Below, piece after piece: positions 11,620-25,676 of a DNA stretch of 64,000 nt. Below the pieces are notes generated by a model. That model ran no database searches, was not told the origin of the DNA, and saw only the letters and a list, made by a program, of their open reading frames with translations. Within the stretch, counting starts at the first letter, position 1. Every line of letters starts with the position of its first letter. Origin of the DNA: Balanoglossus misakiensis (taxonomy: Eukaryota > Animalia > Hemichordata); contig CM082579.2 of assembly GCA_040954595.2 (NCBI GenBank), positions 12,525,834-12,589,833 of the forward strand, read 5' to 3'. Made by a program: the position numbers and the translations under genes.

Positions 11620-13945
11620 TATAAATAAAATATTTATCTTGGTGATTGATTTGGAAAACAAACGATTATTAGTTACACACGCAGAAAAAATATGACAATG
11701 TCACGTCTACACTGCGCGTCACGCGCGCGGGCAGCTGTCCATCGTGGTGACCGGTCTGTTTACTGTCGTTTACCAAATAAAGATGACCCGTAAATGTTCA
11801 CAATTATACCTTCTTCAGAATTTTTTTGCAGTTTTCAGTAAAATGAACGACTACATTTTTCAAGGTTACGTTTTAAAAACAATTCAACACTAAAATGAAA
11901 ATCCGGGCGATAAAAAGTGGATGCCTATCGAACGTACAGCAAAATTTACTCACTTCCTAAAGAGACATCGCAATGGAAGCATTCAATGACCCAGAAATAC
12001 AGGAAATTGTCCAACTTGCTGAGATATTGTGTCAAGATGACACTGATACAGCTGTACCCGAACCAAATCAGCAACAACAGCAGTATGTGGAATTTAATGA
12101 TGGCGATTTGGACGACTTTGTGGACCAACAAAAAAGAAGAAAGGAGTACGAACACGGCAGTGAAGCAGTTTCAAGAATGGCTGTCGACTATGCGCCCAAC
12201 AGAAACTCGTCGCATTGTTGATATGCCACCCCAAGATCTGGATAGCCACCTTGCTGCGTATTTTGTTGGAGCCAGGCAGAAAAATTGTGAGCAGTATGAA
12301 CCCGATACTTTGACGAGCTATCGGCGGGGAATCGAGCGTTATCTTGATGACAACGGTTACCCGGTCTCGATCATCCGTGGCAATGAGTTCCAGCGCTCCC
12401 GAAAATGCCTCTCAGCAAAAAGAGTTGAACTAAACAAACAGGGACGGGGAAATAAGCCACAAGCTGCCGAAGTGATTACTGATGAAGAAGAACAACTTTT
12501 AATTGAAAGAGGATTTGTCGGTCGGTCGACTCCCGAAGCGTTGTTCAACGCAGTTTGGATGAACAACACCAAGATGTTGGGCTTTCTCGGTGGCCAAGAA
12601 AACCGGGAATTGAAATGGGGGGATATCAAGCTCAAAAAGACGGCCGACCACAAAGAATATCTCGAATTCAACGAAAGGGAGACGAAGACCAGATTTGGAC
12701 AGGCTGGTGCAAAACCACGACCCTTCAACCCCAAAACCTTCGCAACTACCGAGAAGCCAGACACATGTCCCATAGTCACATACAAGGAGATCGCTAATCG
12801 TCGCCCCGTTGAAATGAATACCCCAGACAGCCCCTTCTACTTGGCAATTAATTATTCGCCCTCATCAACCATATGGTTTAAGAAATCTCCAATGGGAAAT
12901 AATAAGTTGGCTACAGTCGTCCAAAGTATGAGCGAGAAAGCGGGCATCAGAGGGGAAAAAACAATCACAGCATGAGAAAAACAGCCATCACGAAATTGTT
13001 GCACGCCGGTATTCCACCGACCCAAGTACAACAGTTATCTGGCCACAGTCAGCTGCAGTCGGTCAACAACTACGCCACCGCCTCGCTCAGACAGCAGGAA
13101 GAGATGTCAAACATCCTCGCTCTATGTTCATCCAAACAAGTCGAAAATCGGGCAATTTCTGGTTCCGTCAGTTCAAGCACGTGTCAGATGGAAGCGGCGA
13201 CAACGGATGGTATATTTAGCGACGCAGTGATATATGGCGGCTCGTTCAATATCTATGTTTCAAATGCGACGTCGACGGGATCACCTTCCATGACACAGCC
13301 CCCACCACCGTACAAACGCCGCCGCCGTGCAGTCATTTATGACTCCGTCCTCATCAGAAAATTCCGATGAATGATCAGACTTTGAGACTCTTTTTGAACT
13401 TTGAAATGAATGGCCTCTGGCTTTATTTGCAATTTAACTGATGTCAGACCGATTTTGAATCTCATCGCAATGTTCATGACGCTCACTTGTTGTTGCACCC
13501 CCCCCCCCCAAATGTGTTCGATTCAAATTTCAAACGTTTTGTTGTTTTGCATGATAGAGAGCGGTTGACCTACTTGAACAATTTACAATTTAAAATATCT
13601 TTTACTTACCGATGTTGTCGTTTCCTACCGCTATTAAACATCTTTACAGTTATCCTCATATGATTATATCACCGCTACGCTACACTTAAAAATGGCGCGT
13701 CATGTCAACATCATCAGTCATGAATGAAGCCGATTTACAATGTTAATAAAATATCAATGCGCTAAGCGGAATAAAATAATTCATTAAAAATTAAAATGTT
13801 CTCGCTTTATTTTTTCATTTTTCTTGTAAATTCCGAAGTTTTAGCATATGATAAATCGGTTATCGCCCCATATAACCTCTTGTTGGGCCATATTTGCCGC
13901 GAGTGTGGGTTGTGAGCCGCATCACTCGAGTCGAAGATATTATGA
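11620..13945 (+). mobile_element. Crypton-like tyrosine-recombinase transposon, mildly degenerate
   Basis: Encloses the YR ORFs and has a partial 3' hairpin (CGAGTGTGGGTT..AGCCGCATCACTCG) at 13899-13928. Boundaries are approximate. Confidence 0.65.
11973..13370 (+). pseudogene. Tyrosine recombinase, DUF3504 / ZMYM-QRICH1-KIAA1958-like (Crypton), two frameshifts
   Basis: Motifs YEPDTLTSYRRGIERYL, GRGNKP, LGFLGGQENRELKWGDI, ERETKTR, CPIVTY..RRP, PFYLAIN, WFKKSPMGNN, NHSMRKTAIT and LSGHSQLQSVNNY. Frameshifts near 12135 and 12960. Confidence 0.9.
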
Positions 13946-15593
13946 TTTTATGAAAATGTGATATAAAGATATGGTGTGGATCAATGATATCATAAACACA
14001 AACACTGTTTGCATGACTTCCACAACTGCAACTGTTACACTATGAGTAAAATGGCGATGTAGTAGGTGTACGGGTTTTAAGGGGAAACGTGGGACAAGTC
14101 AATAATGTCCATTTCACTTAACAGGTGCAGTGTTACTTCTACCAGAAACTAACCAAACCACCATTAGTAAATTAGTAGAAGAAGTCGAAGCTCTCCTATG
14201 GAAGGAATAAGTGGGAAAAGCTGTCATAAAAAGGTATTTCAAGTAGATAATTTTAAACTTTATGAAGGAAATGTGACATTTTGTGACTGTGGCTAAATTG
14301 TCCTCTATTTGTTATAGGTATTGTATATGCCAGAGGGTATTCACAATCGGTGTGTCAACGTTCAGTGCACTTTCCTAGTTAGAAAGCTGCTTCTTCAATA
14401 GGGGACACCAATTACAATTAAATATGTTTGAATTGCTTATAATTGATAAGATGACATTGTCTCTTTCATATCATAGAAGCCTGCGAGAGATATTTCAAAA
14501 GTCTGCGGGATGACAACACCCGGCGGACCAATGGAAGATTGGAAGCCCACAGAAGGAGGACTAAAAGCAGAGCAAGAAAAGAGAGAGTATGTGTCACTAT
14601 TACTTAAACAAATATTTGTTTCCCTTCATTACAAGACAATTTGTTTTGTAATATTCAAGCTTGTTGGTTTTTCGTTGCACCTCAGAATGATCAACAAATT
14701 GGCTAGACATTTACAAAACATATCCAAACCATATTATTTAGTGTTTCCACCACACTATAAAATAGCATGATGAATGAAATCTTTGTTGACGTATTTTCTC
14801 TAGTTGTTTAACTGATTGTGTGTCATTAAACTGCAAATAGTTATTTAACATTACTTACCATTATTTAGATACGATAACATTTTATTAAATGTACATGTAT
14901 TGGTGAAACAACCAATTTTGCGCAGAAAATTCCCCTGTTAAGCAAAACTGTGCCTTTTTGCATATGCATCCGCGTTGAAGGGTTCCTTTAAAATTGCAGT
15001 CAGCATTTAAAGGTGGCTGCTGAATATTTCCATATCAACTTTTCTTTGATCCATTCTTGATAAAGTTTACTGTTTTTTGTGCTCTTTTACTTCTTTTAAA
15101 CAGGTACTCAAACTGTATTATCAGTAATTGTACAAATGACAGACACATGGATTCAGACAGACCCAATGCTAGTTCATGGACAGCAGTAAGATACGAGTTG
15201 GGATGAGCCCTCCAGGCCAAAAAGTGAAGCTGATGATGATGATGACTATTCCTTACATCCCGTCTGAGTCGATCAGTATGAATTCAAGATTTTGCAGTGG
15301 ATCATCACATAATACGCCATCTGTCCATGATGATCCAAAGTTCATTATTTTCTGGTCATGTTTGCCGTCAATTTTCCGGATGATCAACTGTCCAAGTTGT
15401 GGTGCAGCCAATTTGACGCAGTCACACACATTAATGGGTACCATGATATTACTGGATTTGACTTGCACTGATTGCTATCACAGGACAAGCTGGAACAGTC
15501 AGCCATATATCGGTAGGACACCAGCCGGAAATACTCTGCTGTCTGCAGCTATTTTGACCTCTGTAACACTTGTCAGCAAATTGTTGCGGTGTT

Positions 15594-18467
15594 TTTAGGG
15601 GACCAAGCGCCCTCAGGCGCTTGGTCCCCTTCTGTTATTGCTGGAGTTTTTCTTCTTTCTTCTTGAGTCGTTTTTTTGCTCCCGTTTTGCTAAAAAATCC
15701 CTGGGTCTACGCCTATGAAACTTGGCACGGTGGTTGGGGCCCATGAGTACTAGTGCACCTGCCCTTTGAATTTGTAATTAGTCACGTGACTTGGTGGCTA
15801 TAATCGAACGAAATTTTCAAATTGACCTAATTTGCACGTTAATGGGGGCATGTACATTCTTTTCGCGATTTTCGTAGACCATGTGGCCAAAATCCCCTGT
15901 GCCAAATTTTAAGGTCCTAGGCCACGTTGATTTTGAGAAGAAGATTTTTGTAATATTTTTCGCATTTTTTGGTGGGCTGAGGACAAACACTGGGGCATCG
16001 GACTTTGACCGTCATTACGTAATGTTGTGGAGATCTCATTAGCAGGAGGGTTGCAGTAGTCCTTGGAAAATCGGCTGAAATACGTAAACAGACCAGTGAT
16101 TATTTTTCACAGAATGAATTTTGGGAAAATTATCGGAGTTCAGGCTGTGTTAGGGCGATTTATTGAATTATGCTGAGTTTGTTAGCTGTTGCCGTTTAAG
16201 ATGGGTCCCTGGGATTTTTTTGCTCGTTGCTATGGGCCTTTATAGGACATTACACCCCGATTTGGACTAAGCCGTTTTCAGAGTCTAACAAGGGGCTGGT
16301 AACTAGTTGAAAATCTGCACGATTGTGTGCACACCCCCTGTCCGAGTATGTTTACGGCAGCTACCGCCCGGCCATAGGCCGCCACGCTAATACGGCAAAG
16401 CAGCGGTCAGCGATAGCGTGCGCGTCCTGTAACCACAGTAACTGGATCGAACGCTAAAAATCCAATGTTTTGTACACAGAGATTTTGTACCGTTCACGAA
16501 AATCCCTAAGGCTTTTTTCATAGGCCACGTACGCCAGTCAAATTTGACCTGCTTGTTGAGAACGCACTTCCGCACAGTGTGACGGATCGTTTTTTCGGTT
16601 TTCGTCGTGCTAAGAAGCGATACCGGTGGAAGAGTGCGTCCAAAAACACCTAAAATCGATGACTTTTTCAGGTGTTGTACGGGTATGCTGAAATCGTAGG
16701 ATACAACGATAATATTCGAAAACAAAATCCGTCACGATCTTCCCTGGTTCAAGCAACTAATGAATACGTATCAAGTTCGTTTTTGAGGTCACGGAATAAA
16801 AAGCCTTAGGCTTTTGAAATTTGACCTAGCTAATTTGCATATCAATGGCGTCAGGGGGCGCGCGCTCACAATCGTGCAGATTTTCAACTAGTTACCAGCC
16901 CCTTGTTAGACTCTGAAAACGGCTTAGTCCAAATCGGGGTGTAATGTCCTATAAAGGCCCATAGCAACGAGCAAAAAGATCCCAGGGACCCATCTTAAAT
17001 GTGTCTCTGCAGCCCCGGCTACACTGGTTAACATTCAATGTAATGCGGCAGCGGACTTTGACCCTCAGTCGCTAATGTTGTGGGAGGTTTCATTAGCATT
17101 TAAGTAGTCACATGTAGTGGATAGTAGTTCGGGAAATTGGCCGAAATACATAAGCAGACCAGTGATTTTCTTGCACAAAGGGAGTATGGTACCAGCAATA
17201 ATCAGAGATCAGGCTTCGTTGCCGTTCAAATGTTCCTACTTCAGTCGTGACGTTGCAACTGAACGTTCAGTATGGGGTTCGGCCCGCAGGTGGCCGTGGG
17301 GGTTATCATGTCGCCCGTAATGGCACGCAGCTTCATGCAGCTCTATGGGACCAAAATAATACGCCCGATTCGGGGGTCACCTGTGACACCTGCGTAACTC
17401 TATTATGTGCATGCGTAATTGTGGGGTCAATGAAAGGGATGCTAGCATGGTATTTGTTGCACATGGATCAATATGAAGTCCGATTTTCCTGTCAAGTTGT
17501 GGGCGACCTTATGTGACATTTCACCTACTTTTGCTTAGTGAATAACAGCAGATGCATGCAGCTTTGGCGTGGTGGGGGGGGATATACGGATGGGACCATA
17601 ATGATATACCAAAGGCGGGGTCACCCGTTGCACCTGCCGAAGTCATTGATTTTGTACATTTAATTGAACACTAACCAACAGGGCGATATGTGTGGTTTTT
17701 GTTCCACACGGACGAATGTAAGTGTCAGTTGGTTTTTGCCCAAATGTATAAGGTGATTTGGATGACCTCTGTCGTACAGTGCCATATCTCAGCATGTTGT
17801 ACAGGTGCAGCTTTGGTATTTGGAGGGATAAAACTATCATGAAATGCCAAATACATGGGGATACCTGTGACACCTGCTTGATTCATGTATTCCGTGCATA
17901 CCTAATGGTAGGCAAAGTGAAAGGGCTGCAAATGTAGGATTTGTTGCACATGACATAAACAGGAATGAAATTTTTTTGTCAAATATTTGGTTGACCTCAG
18001 GTGTCCATTGACCTGCTTTCCATATGTTAGCATGCAAATCATATATAGCCAGGTGTTTGGAGGGGTAGGGTAGGACCTCTGCGTCATGAAATGCTAAATT
18101 GCTGGGGTCACCTGTAACTTACTTGCGTAACTCATTTTATGGTCATACCTAATTTGACCAACTCAAAGGGCGAGGATTTTCCGTTGTCTTGAATATGAAC
18201 CAAATAAGAATCAAAATTTTTGGTCCAATTTTTGGGTAAATTCAGCTGACCTTTGAAGTACTTACTGAAGTACTTACAACGTAGAAGTTCACCTTTGGTC
18301 GTTGTTTTTGTACTTGTATGACATGCATTTCAGGTGGTTGCCTACTCCCCATATCTCAACATCGAGAGCAAATACAGCCTACGCATTTGAATGGTACAAC
18401 CCTGAATGGAGTCTAATGGTTATTAACTCTATGCTTGGGCCCCTTCAATGCTGCTTGCAGCTTTAAT
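15594..18467 (+). mobile_element. Non-autonomous Helentron/Helitron2-type element
   Basis: 5' hairpin AGGGGACCAAGCGCC-CTCA-GGCGCTTGGTCCCCT; 3' sub-terminal GCTTGGGCCCCT followed by a small hairpin GCTGCTTGCAGC and TTTAAT. T-rich insertion site, no TSD. Confidence 0.75.
16200..16994. mobile_element. TTAA-specific MITE (Kolobok-type purine-purine termini), copy 1
   Basis: TTAA TSD on both sides; ~130-bp TIR starting GATGGGTCCCTGGGAT. A near-identical copy lies at 44055-44844. Confidence 0.9.
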
Positions 18468-20360
18468 CTCTTATTAGTGTTGCTGCTAAAACAGCCAGAA
18501 CATTTTTAGACACCAATCGCTGCCTGCAATTAGGAAAATAAGGGAAGAGCAAAGGATATGGCTAGTGCCATCACTGCAGGCCGATCAGCAAGACATGGTG
18601 TTTGCAGGGGACGGCAAAGCTGACTGCCCTGGTCATTCGCGATAGTTTGGCTCCTACACAGTGATTACATTAATGGCCAATGTAATCATCGACATGTAAC
18701 TGGTTCAGGTAAATTTTCATATCAATATCAACTGACAACTTCATCGTGAGTTGATTGGGCCCGTTGCCTCGGTACGCATCCATTATCTAACATGACATAA
18801 TGAGTGTGACAATCGCCCGAGAGATCCCCAATTGCAACCATTTGACGACCAGCTTTAAATGAATCTATTTTGAAAATGTTGGTCCTACATATGCTGAGTA
18901 AATTTTGCCCATGCATTCATTTTATTCAACCAACCAACCAACCAGACGTTTGTTGTTAATGATGGGATGCCAGTAAATAATACCTACATTCCCTCTTGGT
19001 ATTCAGTTATATTTTACATAAACGACAGACAATATGTTACAGTAGTTCCGAAATCATGTGGGATAGCAAGAATGATGAAAGTCAAACAGAATGTCTGCTT
19101 TCCTGTTCAGGTTATGCCTTGATCTTACAAAGCAGTTACTCCCTATTCTAATCAGAGCAATGGGGTTGGTGGAGCTGTAAGGATGGAAAAAGAAGGGCTC
19201 ATAAGATCTCTGACATATTTGTAGGACGAAGGCCTTACTATCGGCACGATGGTAACTGACAAGCATGTGCAAATCCGTAAGTTGCTCAGAGAGAACATGC
19301 CACATGTTGAACATCAGTTTGATATTTGGCACGTTGAGGTGCGTTTATGTGGCGGTGGGTTCTCCGACGCCTGTATGCTATGGGTATATAGGGCTGCCGG
19401 GTGGCGTGCGTACGTGACTGCTCCCCTGTGCGGACTGCAGGCAGGCAGGAAGGGGGCAGTAGACTAGGGGCCCCGCGAGACTCAACGCACTCAAACGCCG
19501 ACCGCCGTATTTATGTTAGGAACGTTTTTATAGTGGTACAGCATTTCTTGACTGGGATATGTTCTTGCGTCAAATTTTGTTAAGAGTGTTGATGTTTTTT
19601 CTAAGATTTTCAAGAATACATATCGAGGAAAATTTTAAATCAAGATTAACGACTCCTGTAAATTAGTTTCTAAAATGCAATGTTGGAAATATATATATTA
19701 TAAGTACATGTATTATCAATAATTTGTGGATTACTTTGTGATTTTCCTAATGACTAAAATGTTCAGGATTTTCCAAGTCTAAATTTCACGATAATTCGAT
19801 CATTTCAACTCGAATGACATTCAAAACCTTGACGTATTGGAGGGAAATATGAACTGTTGTAAGACCCCTTTTTCGCCTAATCCAGCATTATCATTTGAAC
19901 AGCGCCCCCAGTGGCCATACTATGGAATTATGCTACATGTATTTCAGAAATGTGTGCGCTCACCCAGCAAGCACGATCTGTTTCTAATCGCTTTTCTATA
20001 TGTCGCCCGAATTCTAAATTTCACATTTAATGTTATTGGGATTTTATTTTGTTATTAAACAAGATCATAACGCGTTGTAATAAACCTATGAGATGCAGAC
20101 CTTTTGAGAAACCATTTTATTTGTTGGCAAGTAAAATTGATGGAAAACAGACACCCTCAAATGTCTATGATAAAATGGACAATAATGTGGGTGGTTATTG
20201 TAACGCTTAACAAGAACAGTTCTATTAAAACAACTTTAGCTAACAAAATGTGAGTTGTTGACTGTGTGCTTGACTTCTAGCATAGATCACTTCGTGAATT
20301 GGGTAACTTCAACGCATGATGGAATTTTGCGTTAAATATTTTGCGGGAGTACGTGGCAAT

Positions 20361-20478
20361 GGAACTGGTCAGTTTCTTCGGCCGGGGGGGGGGTGATGTT
20401 CAATGAGGGGGAGGGGGGTCAGTCACTTTTTGAAATCCACAAAACAGAATCCCTCGGCCAAAGAAACTGAACAGTCCC
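20361..20478. mobile_element. Short degenerate Harbinger-type MITE
   Basis: GGAACTGGTCAGTTTCTTCGGCCG ... CGGCCAAAGAAACTGAACAGTCCC followed by TAA; related to the family A TIR. Confidence 0.55.
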
Positions 20479-23400
20479 TAAGTTAAAATAAAGTGATGAT
20501 TATTTATCAACAGTTAGCCCCGTTACACACGATGGTCCGTGCATGGTAAACATGGTATTTCGTATATTGTATTTGTCAGTTCCGATGAACTTCAAGTTGC
20601 AACTTTTTTTGCAGTTTCGATATTTTACATACGTTACACACAGTATCTACATGTTCATGCGTGAGTTCTGCATCGGGACCGTGCATGTATGAATTGTGTT
20701 TGTAAAAAGTCTGAACTAAAACAGTCTTTAAAGTCCGACGATCGTAGTATGCGCATGTGCGCAATGTCGTATGTACAAACATTACGTCCAATCAAAATGT
20801 TCTGCAAAGTTTGCGTTTGACGCATTCAAATAGGGAGCTGCCTTCGCATCCTAACATATTTCAAGCGCATCATATAAATAGTCTAGTAGACTTTAGTTTT
20901 GTCCCTTCTTTTCATCCAATGTGATGTCTTTTCCCGATCTCAGACACAGACTATGGTTGCCGCCATCTTGGCTGTTGTCAGGACAACACTGCCTTATTGC
21001 ATTTACTGTATACAAGTTTTGTAACCAGAGACTCTGATTTCATACTGACATGTGCATAAGACGATCGTCGCCCTTCAATATGGTCTTTTTCGGTTTGGAA
21101 TGATTAAAAAAATATACGAGGAATGTGCCGTAATGTACTTTAAGTTTGCCTTACAGCGATTTGCCGACTTTGTAAACCCATGACTAATCTTTGTGACACC
21201 ATGAGAAAATATCCCAAGAAATTATAGTGTTTTCCTGAAACCTCTGAAAACCTATGAGCGCGTGGGGGCGCAAAACATAGAATTTACTTACTTTGGCCAA
21301 AAGGGAAAGTGGCTGCACACATCGACCATTCAAAGTGTTTGTCTTGTATGTGTGACAATGTTCTATAGTAAAGTCAACTCGTGTATAGATTTTTGTGAGT
21401 AATTTTGTTGTTTTTTCTTTGTGTGTGTGTTGGCTTTTAGTGAAAGAAATAAGCCTTGGTGATACGAAGCTAGAGGGTGATCGCCAATTCTTGCGACATT
21501 CCAGACTAAAATAGGTCAGTCGCAAAGGTGTAGCCGCATTGAATGTGTGTAGCTGATGCCGCTCGGTTGACTGGTTTTCGCAGTCACCCAAGCAGCACCC
21601 GTTACTATCGTTGCAGCTATATTGCGAAGCTTAAATGGACAAAGTCTCTCCTTTGCTGCCCTTTTCATAATTGTGTTTGATAAAGACACTGTTAGGTTAT
21701 TCTTCTTGACAAGTGGGTATATAGTGAATCAACGTTTGAGGCAGCGAGAGAAACTTTCTCCCTTTAAAAAGATGCCTGAGTACATGTATACTTCCTATAT
21801 TGTTACTCAAACGAAAAAATAGCGTCAAAGACACTTGGTACTCTCTCAGTGTGTAGTGGATGATGGGCAGCATGTTTGGAGAACAGTGGTTTGGTATATG
21901 GGTGAAAGGAACAAGTTGCAAACACCAAGGTGAAATGCTGAACTGTTTTGCTCATGTAATATTGAATGCAGCCTGATAAGGTGGGTGCTTGGCAGGGGGG
22001 AAAACCACTTGTCAAGGGCCCTAATAAATGTATTAAATTTAGTCTGAAAAATGGCCCCGCACACACAAATGGCCTCACACAAATATATTCTGTCATTTCC
22101 CCCTCAGATTTTGTATCTTATGTTATACTGATGGAATTCATTGTGTATTGTTATATCAAATTGCACCAGTGCAAGCTATGAGAAATGTGTTTTGAAATGA
22201 AAACAGTGAAAGTAGAAGTACTAGTCTAAAAGTGAAAGAAATACATTAAAAAAATATCAGACAGCATTCAAGATCAGCTGAAGTTGTTTGATAAAAAGTT
22301 CTCCATTTTCAATTATATAATGTCATGTGCTGACCATAGTAGTGTGGGTGTTAGCAAACAAATACATGAATTGTTGATGGGAGCATAGCAGTTGTGAACA
22401 TAGTATATGAAATAAATTAAAATAGTCATTGCTCTCTGGTCCATCAATTTCGGTAGAAGTGACCTGATTTCAAATCAATAGTTTACCACCCGTCTTGACT
22501 GTACTCCAACCTGTAGTAAAATGTGGAAAAAATACTTTCAGCTAAACTGCAGCTACAACATTTCACATGGTGGTCAGGGATCAGTGATTCACTGGTGGCC
22601 CGCAAAAATTGCCCATTAAAAGTCCGTGGACAATGCCGGAAATAAGTCGGGACCACTGTGCATGTCAGTCTATTTTATCAAAGTTACGTATCGACCCACA
22701 GCACATCGCATCGTTGTTAAATTTCTGCCTCGACCTCTTGAACACATTCACATCTCCTGCCGGCTCCCCCAGACTATGTACATATCATACGCTTAAAAAC
22801 ATGTCACGTTTGACACGGCCCATATAGTACACTACCAAACGTAAGCCCCGTCCTGAACAGACACCATTACGCATCGGTGCCACGTGCACGCATAACGCAA
22901 CATGTAGACTCAAGGTCAATGACCCTGACAGCGATTATCTGATTTCTCACGCAAACACAAAGCTAATCTTGCCGCACCAAACGCAATATTATTTTAGGCA
23001 TTACTAGCCGTACAACTCGTCCATATCGACACACACATTACACAGAACACCCCCTTGCCTATGCTCAACCACTTTCGAGAATATCGCTAATCACATTTCT
23101 CTGCTGACACCATGCCAAACTATATGTGTTTCCGGTGACGGCATTTGCCAAACTTCTGCGTTTTGCACGTAGTAAATTCATCCTCCTTCACCACAAACGA
23201 GCAAAAATCCAAACATACACGAGCCAGAACATAACTGGTGCACGTATCCGGGTATTGGCCCTTCCGGTAATCGCGCTCGCCTGTGTGTTGACCCGCTCCA
23301 ATGTGACGTGAGACTGGCAAATCACATTTGGCTCTTGTTGATAGAAGAAACTTTCTTGACGGAAAGGAAAGGGTGATGGACACACTGAACAGCGCTGGCA

Positions 23401-23837
23401 GAGCTGTAAAATAACGACCAATTTTTACGACCACAAATAGAGCTACACATGACCGGGCCCTAACGTGTGGTTCACTGTTTTGTCAATGCGTTATCTATGG
23501 GAAACCACGCGCTTCCGACTGTGGCCGATAATAGGTGAAATCACAGCGACCGTAAAAAGGCGAACATATGCATCTGCAACTTTTTGTTCCAATAACAACG
23601 CGTAGCCACGCCCAGGGATGTGCAAAAATAGCTGATTGTACCCATAATACATATCAACATAGGACTGACATCAAACCATTGCGATCGGAGAATACAACAA
23701 CACGGTTTCCCGCTCGCTGGACGAGAACAGGCAATGGCCGAGAACAGGCGTATACAACACGAGCTGTGACACGACAGCAACCGTTCACTCTACATGCATC
23801 AAGCATGATAACCGGAAATTCCGTGACTTCAACATAA

Positions 23838-24757
23838 GGGACCGTTCAGTTTTTACGGCCGGGGGCCGGCAAAATCCAGGGGGGGGGGGTCACTTAAATG
23901 TTGAAGTCCAAAAGGGGGGTCATCTGTTGTTTTAAACGTTTAGGGGGAGTCACATACTTTTGCCACCGAACTTTTGCTTTTGAGTCTACAAAATTGTCCT
24001 TTATTTTACAAAATTTTCTAATCTGCGAGGGGGACACCCCCTCCCACACCCACCCCCTTCATTCTCCGCCACATTTCATTTATTGCTGGTTTGTCTAGTG
24101 TACCAGGGCAGAGTGCTTGCCACCCTAACCCCACCGATGATAATATTTAAAAAAGTAAATACATAAAGGAGAATAATCGTTTAAACCATTTTGTATAACT
24201 GATAGTTTCGCGCTGCACCTTCTATATACTAGAAGTTTTATAAATGATGTCATGACGAAGGTGACGCCAAATCTTCTAACTTTGAGTGGAGTGGCAAAAA
24301 GTAAAATTGGTTCTCCCAAACATTGAGATAATTTGCTTTTGAGTTCATTAAAATGCATCTTACCGCTACTTATTTTACAAACTTTTCTTATTTATGTGGG
24401 AGGGGGATACCCCCTCCCACGCCCAACCCCGCCACTTTTCTTGTTTTACCAATTGTAGCAACTATTGTATTGACTCGTCATTTTAATTTGTTCATAAATT
24501 TCTTTATTGCAACGATATACTATTATATACTTCAATTACTTTAAGAAATTTATAATTGAGGTGTGAGGAGCCTCATTCCCTTTATTGCATAGTGTACATA
24601 GGATCGGGGCGGGGGGGGGGTCATATTTTAGGTCTGTCAAAGGGGGGGGGGGTCCTCATTTTTTGGTCCTGGGTGAAGGGGAGGGGGGGTCGGCCTGATT
24701 TTGAAAAACCATGACACAAACTTGCCGGCCCCCCGGCCGTAAAAACTGAACGGTCCC
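23838..24757. mobile_element. PIF/Harbinger-type MITE, family A
   Basis: Perfect TIR GGGACCGTTCAGTTTTTACGGCCGGGGG with TAA TSD on both sides. Confidence 0.9.
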
Positions 24758-25345
24758 TAATGGTACTTACTTCAGTTCAGGCACGTTTATACACTGCGTA
24801 GTACAGTTTGGTGATTTCCTATAGTCCAGTTCATTACTGTACACTAACGTCTGCATACCTCGCGTATCATGTGAATGAGTCATACCATGTTCAGTTTGGA
24901 CAGTAGACTTAAATATTACCTCAATTAAACTAATCGAAATTAAAATATCCTATATTTAGCTGGAAAAATCACGGCACGGATGGAAATCGCCGACGAAAAA
25001 TATACTCCCTTCGCGACCGTGCGTTAATTCCTGGTTAAACATTGTGTAAAGTGTGAGGCCACTGTCCTTTATCGGCAAAACAATACACATGTACTTTTAA
25101 AACCACAGAAGGTAGAAAAAAGACAGTCTCTGTTAAAAGAAATTTAGAAACATTTATAATCTACGTAAATTGGGATCTAAAAGACATTACATATTTCATT
25201 CAATAATCAGTTTACTTGCATAAATTATATAAATGTTTATGAGTACATGTACATGTACCTGTAAATTAAAATTCAACTTTGATTTTAACTTTTACTTTGA
25301 TTTTCTCCGCTCACGGTTGCTTAATTTGTAGAGTATGGCAACTAA

Positions 25346-25676
25346 GGCCTAAAAAAAAGATCGTTTCTGGTCAGCGCGCGCATCACTTGTCCCCGCGTCG
25401 ATCCTTTTTTTTCCCAACTGAACTTGTGTATACACGTTAGCGCACTCGAAAAAGTCAGTTCGCCGCAAGATGAAAAGAAAACCTAAAATCATCCGCAGAA
25501 AGAGGAAATTCGTTAAAACGCGTGATGAATAACTGTATTTTCAACACTGATATATTGCAAAGCTGCATAGAAAGTTGACGATTTCACTGACTCTATTAAA
25601 AAAAAAAAAAAAAATAATCGCGTCGCCGCAACATTTTTGAGAAATAGTCATGACCAGGAACATTTTTTTTTTGGCC
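25346..25676. mobile_element. Harbinger-type MITE, family B
   Basis: TAA TSD; TIR GGCCTAAAAAAAAGATCGTTTCTGGTCA / TGACCAGGAACATTTTTTTTTTGGCC. Confidence 0.8.

Larger units (their letters stand above)
15290..19337 (+). pseudogene. Fragmented Kolobok-type DDE transposase, interrupted by a Helentron-like insertion
   Basis: KFIIFWSCL..CPSC..C..YH..WNSQP..AGNTLLSAAIL (15290-15595) resumes after the insertion as FAGDGKADCPGHS..GSYT..LVQ (18595-18708, GT donor), then MEKEGL..TDKHVQIRK..HQFDIWHV (19150-19337). Confidence 0.75.

Noticed and set aside
11917-13370. Phage integrase or bacterial contamination; alternatively a host ZMYM/QRICH1/KCTD1 gene
   Set aside because: Motifs are of the eukaryotic DUF3504 type. 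The ORF is intronless, frameshifted and embedded among TEs, which fits a Crypton relic.
16387-16725. 112-aa ORF repeated at 44237-44575
   Set aside because: Both lie within copies of the same MITE; conservation reflects recent duplication and no protein motif was recognised.
19340-23830. Numerous short ORFs and CpG-rich patches
   Set aside because: No recognisable domains, paired termini or consistent splice structure; probably old TE debris, left unannotated.
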